64,000 nt of DNA, taken from contig NC_052159.1 of assembly GCF_902713615.1 (NCBI RefSeq), forward strand, positions 29,253,709 to 29,317,708. The letters run 5' to 3'. This document shows positions 62,555 to 64,000 of this stretch, piece by piece. The translations under genes were made by a program, and so were the position numbers. Positions within the stretch are counted from its first letter, which is position 1. Each line of letters starts with the position of its first letter. Under the pieces are notes generated by a model. The model searched no databases, was not told where the DNA came from, and worked only from the letters and a program-made list of their open reading frames with translations. This stretch comes from Scyliorhinus canicula (lineage: Eukaryota).

Positions 62555-63389
62555 GTAAATATTGTAACAAATAGTCAAAATGTAGTAATGTATTGTGTAA
62601 TGTGCATATCCTGTAAATTAATGGTTGGTATTAGGTACTGTGCTGAAAGATGTGTATCTATATAATAGACAGAATTGTTGGGAGTTAAATTATCAACTCT
62701 CCCTTTTTTGTTTATTTCATACTCCATACTCTTTCATTAGCTGTTTTTTGTTCTCTATCTATGGCCTTCTTCAACACAACAAGCCATTCTTGTGGGTTGT
62801 ATCTCTGGATATGGCATATTGTGCGCTATAGCCTCCTTTTGCCCTGCACGTTCTTGCACATAATCTTGGCATTCTGAGATCCACCATGATTGTAAATTTT
62901 CACCATGGCTTTTATTAACTTTGTCACACATTCTTCCCCTCTTCAGTTCTGACAAAGAGTCAAAGGAACATGAAATGTTAACTGTTTCCTCTCCTTATAG
63001 ATGCTTCCAGACCTGCTGAGTTTTCCCAGTATTCTCTGTTCTTGTTTCAGATTCCAACATCAGCAATACTTTGCTTATTTCAGGGTTCCATCTTGTTCAG
63101 TTTAGTTGCAAATATATTTTAATCTATCACTAGCATTCTCGCACACAACTCCATATAGCGCATATGTTGAAGTAATGACTTGATATCTGTAATTGCAATG
63201 TAGTATTGTATAATTATTACAGCTCTGCCTTCAAGACTGTTTCAAAAATTCTCCCCCCCCCCCCCCCCCCCCCTCAAATATAACCGACTTATAATATTAA
63301 GAATTATGTAATTCAATCATGGGACTTCTTTTTGGACAGGAGTGTTGATTCAATCATAAAATCAACATTACAACATGTCATTGGTTTGG

Positions 63390-63571
63390 TATAATAATAA
63401 TAATAATCGCTTATTGTCACAAGTAGGCTTCAATGAAGTTACTGTGAAAAGCCCCTAGTCACCACATTCCTGCGCCTGTTCGGGGAGGTCGGTATGGGAA
63501 TTGAACCCGGGCTGCTGGAATTGTTCTGCATTGCAAGCCAGCTATTTAGCCCACTGTGCTAAACCAGCCCC
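63390..63571 (-). mobile_element. Short tRNA-derived SINE, second family, with (TTA)n tail
   Basis: Reverse complement of the same head and stem-loop tail seen at 28710 and 54866. Confidence 0.85.
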
Positions 63572-64000
63572 TATCTAGGGACATCTAATACTGAAGGAAG
63601 GAGGTAATATTCAGCTTGTAAAGTTTGCATTGGATTGGATTTGTGTACCGAGGTACAGTGAAAAGTCTTGTTCTGCATGCCGCTCAGACAGATCATTCCG
63701 TACATGAAAAGAAAATATATAATTGGGCAAACATAAAATAAACAATATAAATACATAGACACGGGCATCAGGTGAAGCATACAGGTGTGTAGTACTACTC
63801 ACTAGAGAAAATGTGTGAAGAGATCACATCAGTCCATAAGAGGGTCGTTTAGGATTCTGGTAACAGCGGGGAAGAAGCTGTTTTTGAATCTGTTCTCAGA
63901 CTTTTGTATCTCCTGCCTGATGGAAGAAGTTGGAAGAGCACTCCTAATCTATTTTCATGCCCTCTTTGATTTCCTTGTTTCCTTTTTTACTTTGTCCCTG

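Overview
Eukaryotic, repeat-rich intronic DNA, most likely from a shark. That inference rests on the repeat repertoire: HE1-type V-SINEs, a SacSINE1-like Deu-SINE and esterase-ORF1 CR1 LINEs. One host gene crosses the window on the + strand: FAM168A, with four coding exons (7929-8016 with ATG at 7947, 39683-39763, 56875-57000, 62412-62554) that splice in frame with canonical GT-AG sites. Its first exon and C-terminal exons lie outside the window. The introns hold nested mobile elements: two long CR1 LINEs, three L1/Tx1-like LINEs, an internally deleted Gypsy element with both LTRs, an RTE fragment, two hAT MITEs with 8-bp TSDs, and many SINEs. Most ORFs in the supplied track are TE fragments or noise. 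The best leads are: (1) an identical TTTAAAC-TAATG recoding cassette (-1 slippery heptamer fused to an overlapping stop/start) at the ORF1/ORF2 junction of both CR1 copies; (2) candidate frame-preserving FAM168A micro/cassette exons (12 nt at 48256-48267 with a neural-microexon signature, 33 nt at 58929-58961); (3) one SINE body carrying alternative 3' tails that imply different LINE partners; (4) a same-family antisense CR1-in-CR1 insertion forming crossed inverted repeats; (5) CTCF-like motifs in both Gypsy LTRs. No database searches were run. Family names and the human FAM168A comparison are from memory.
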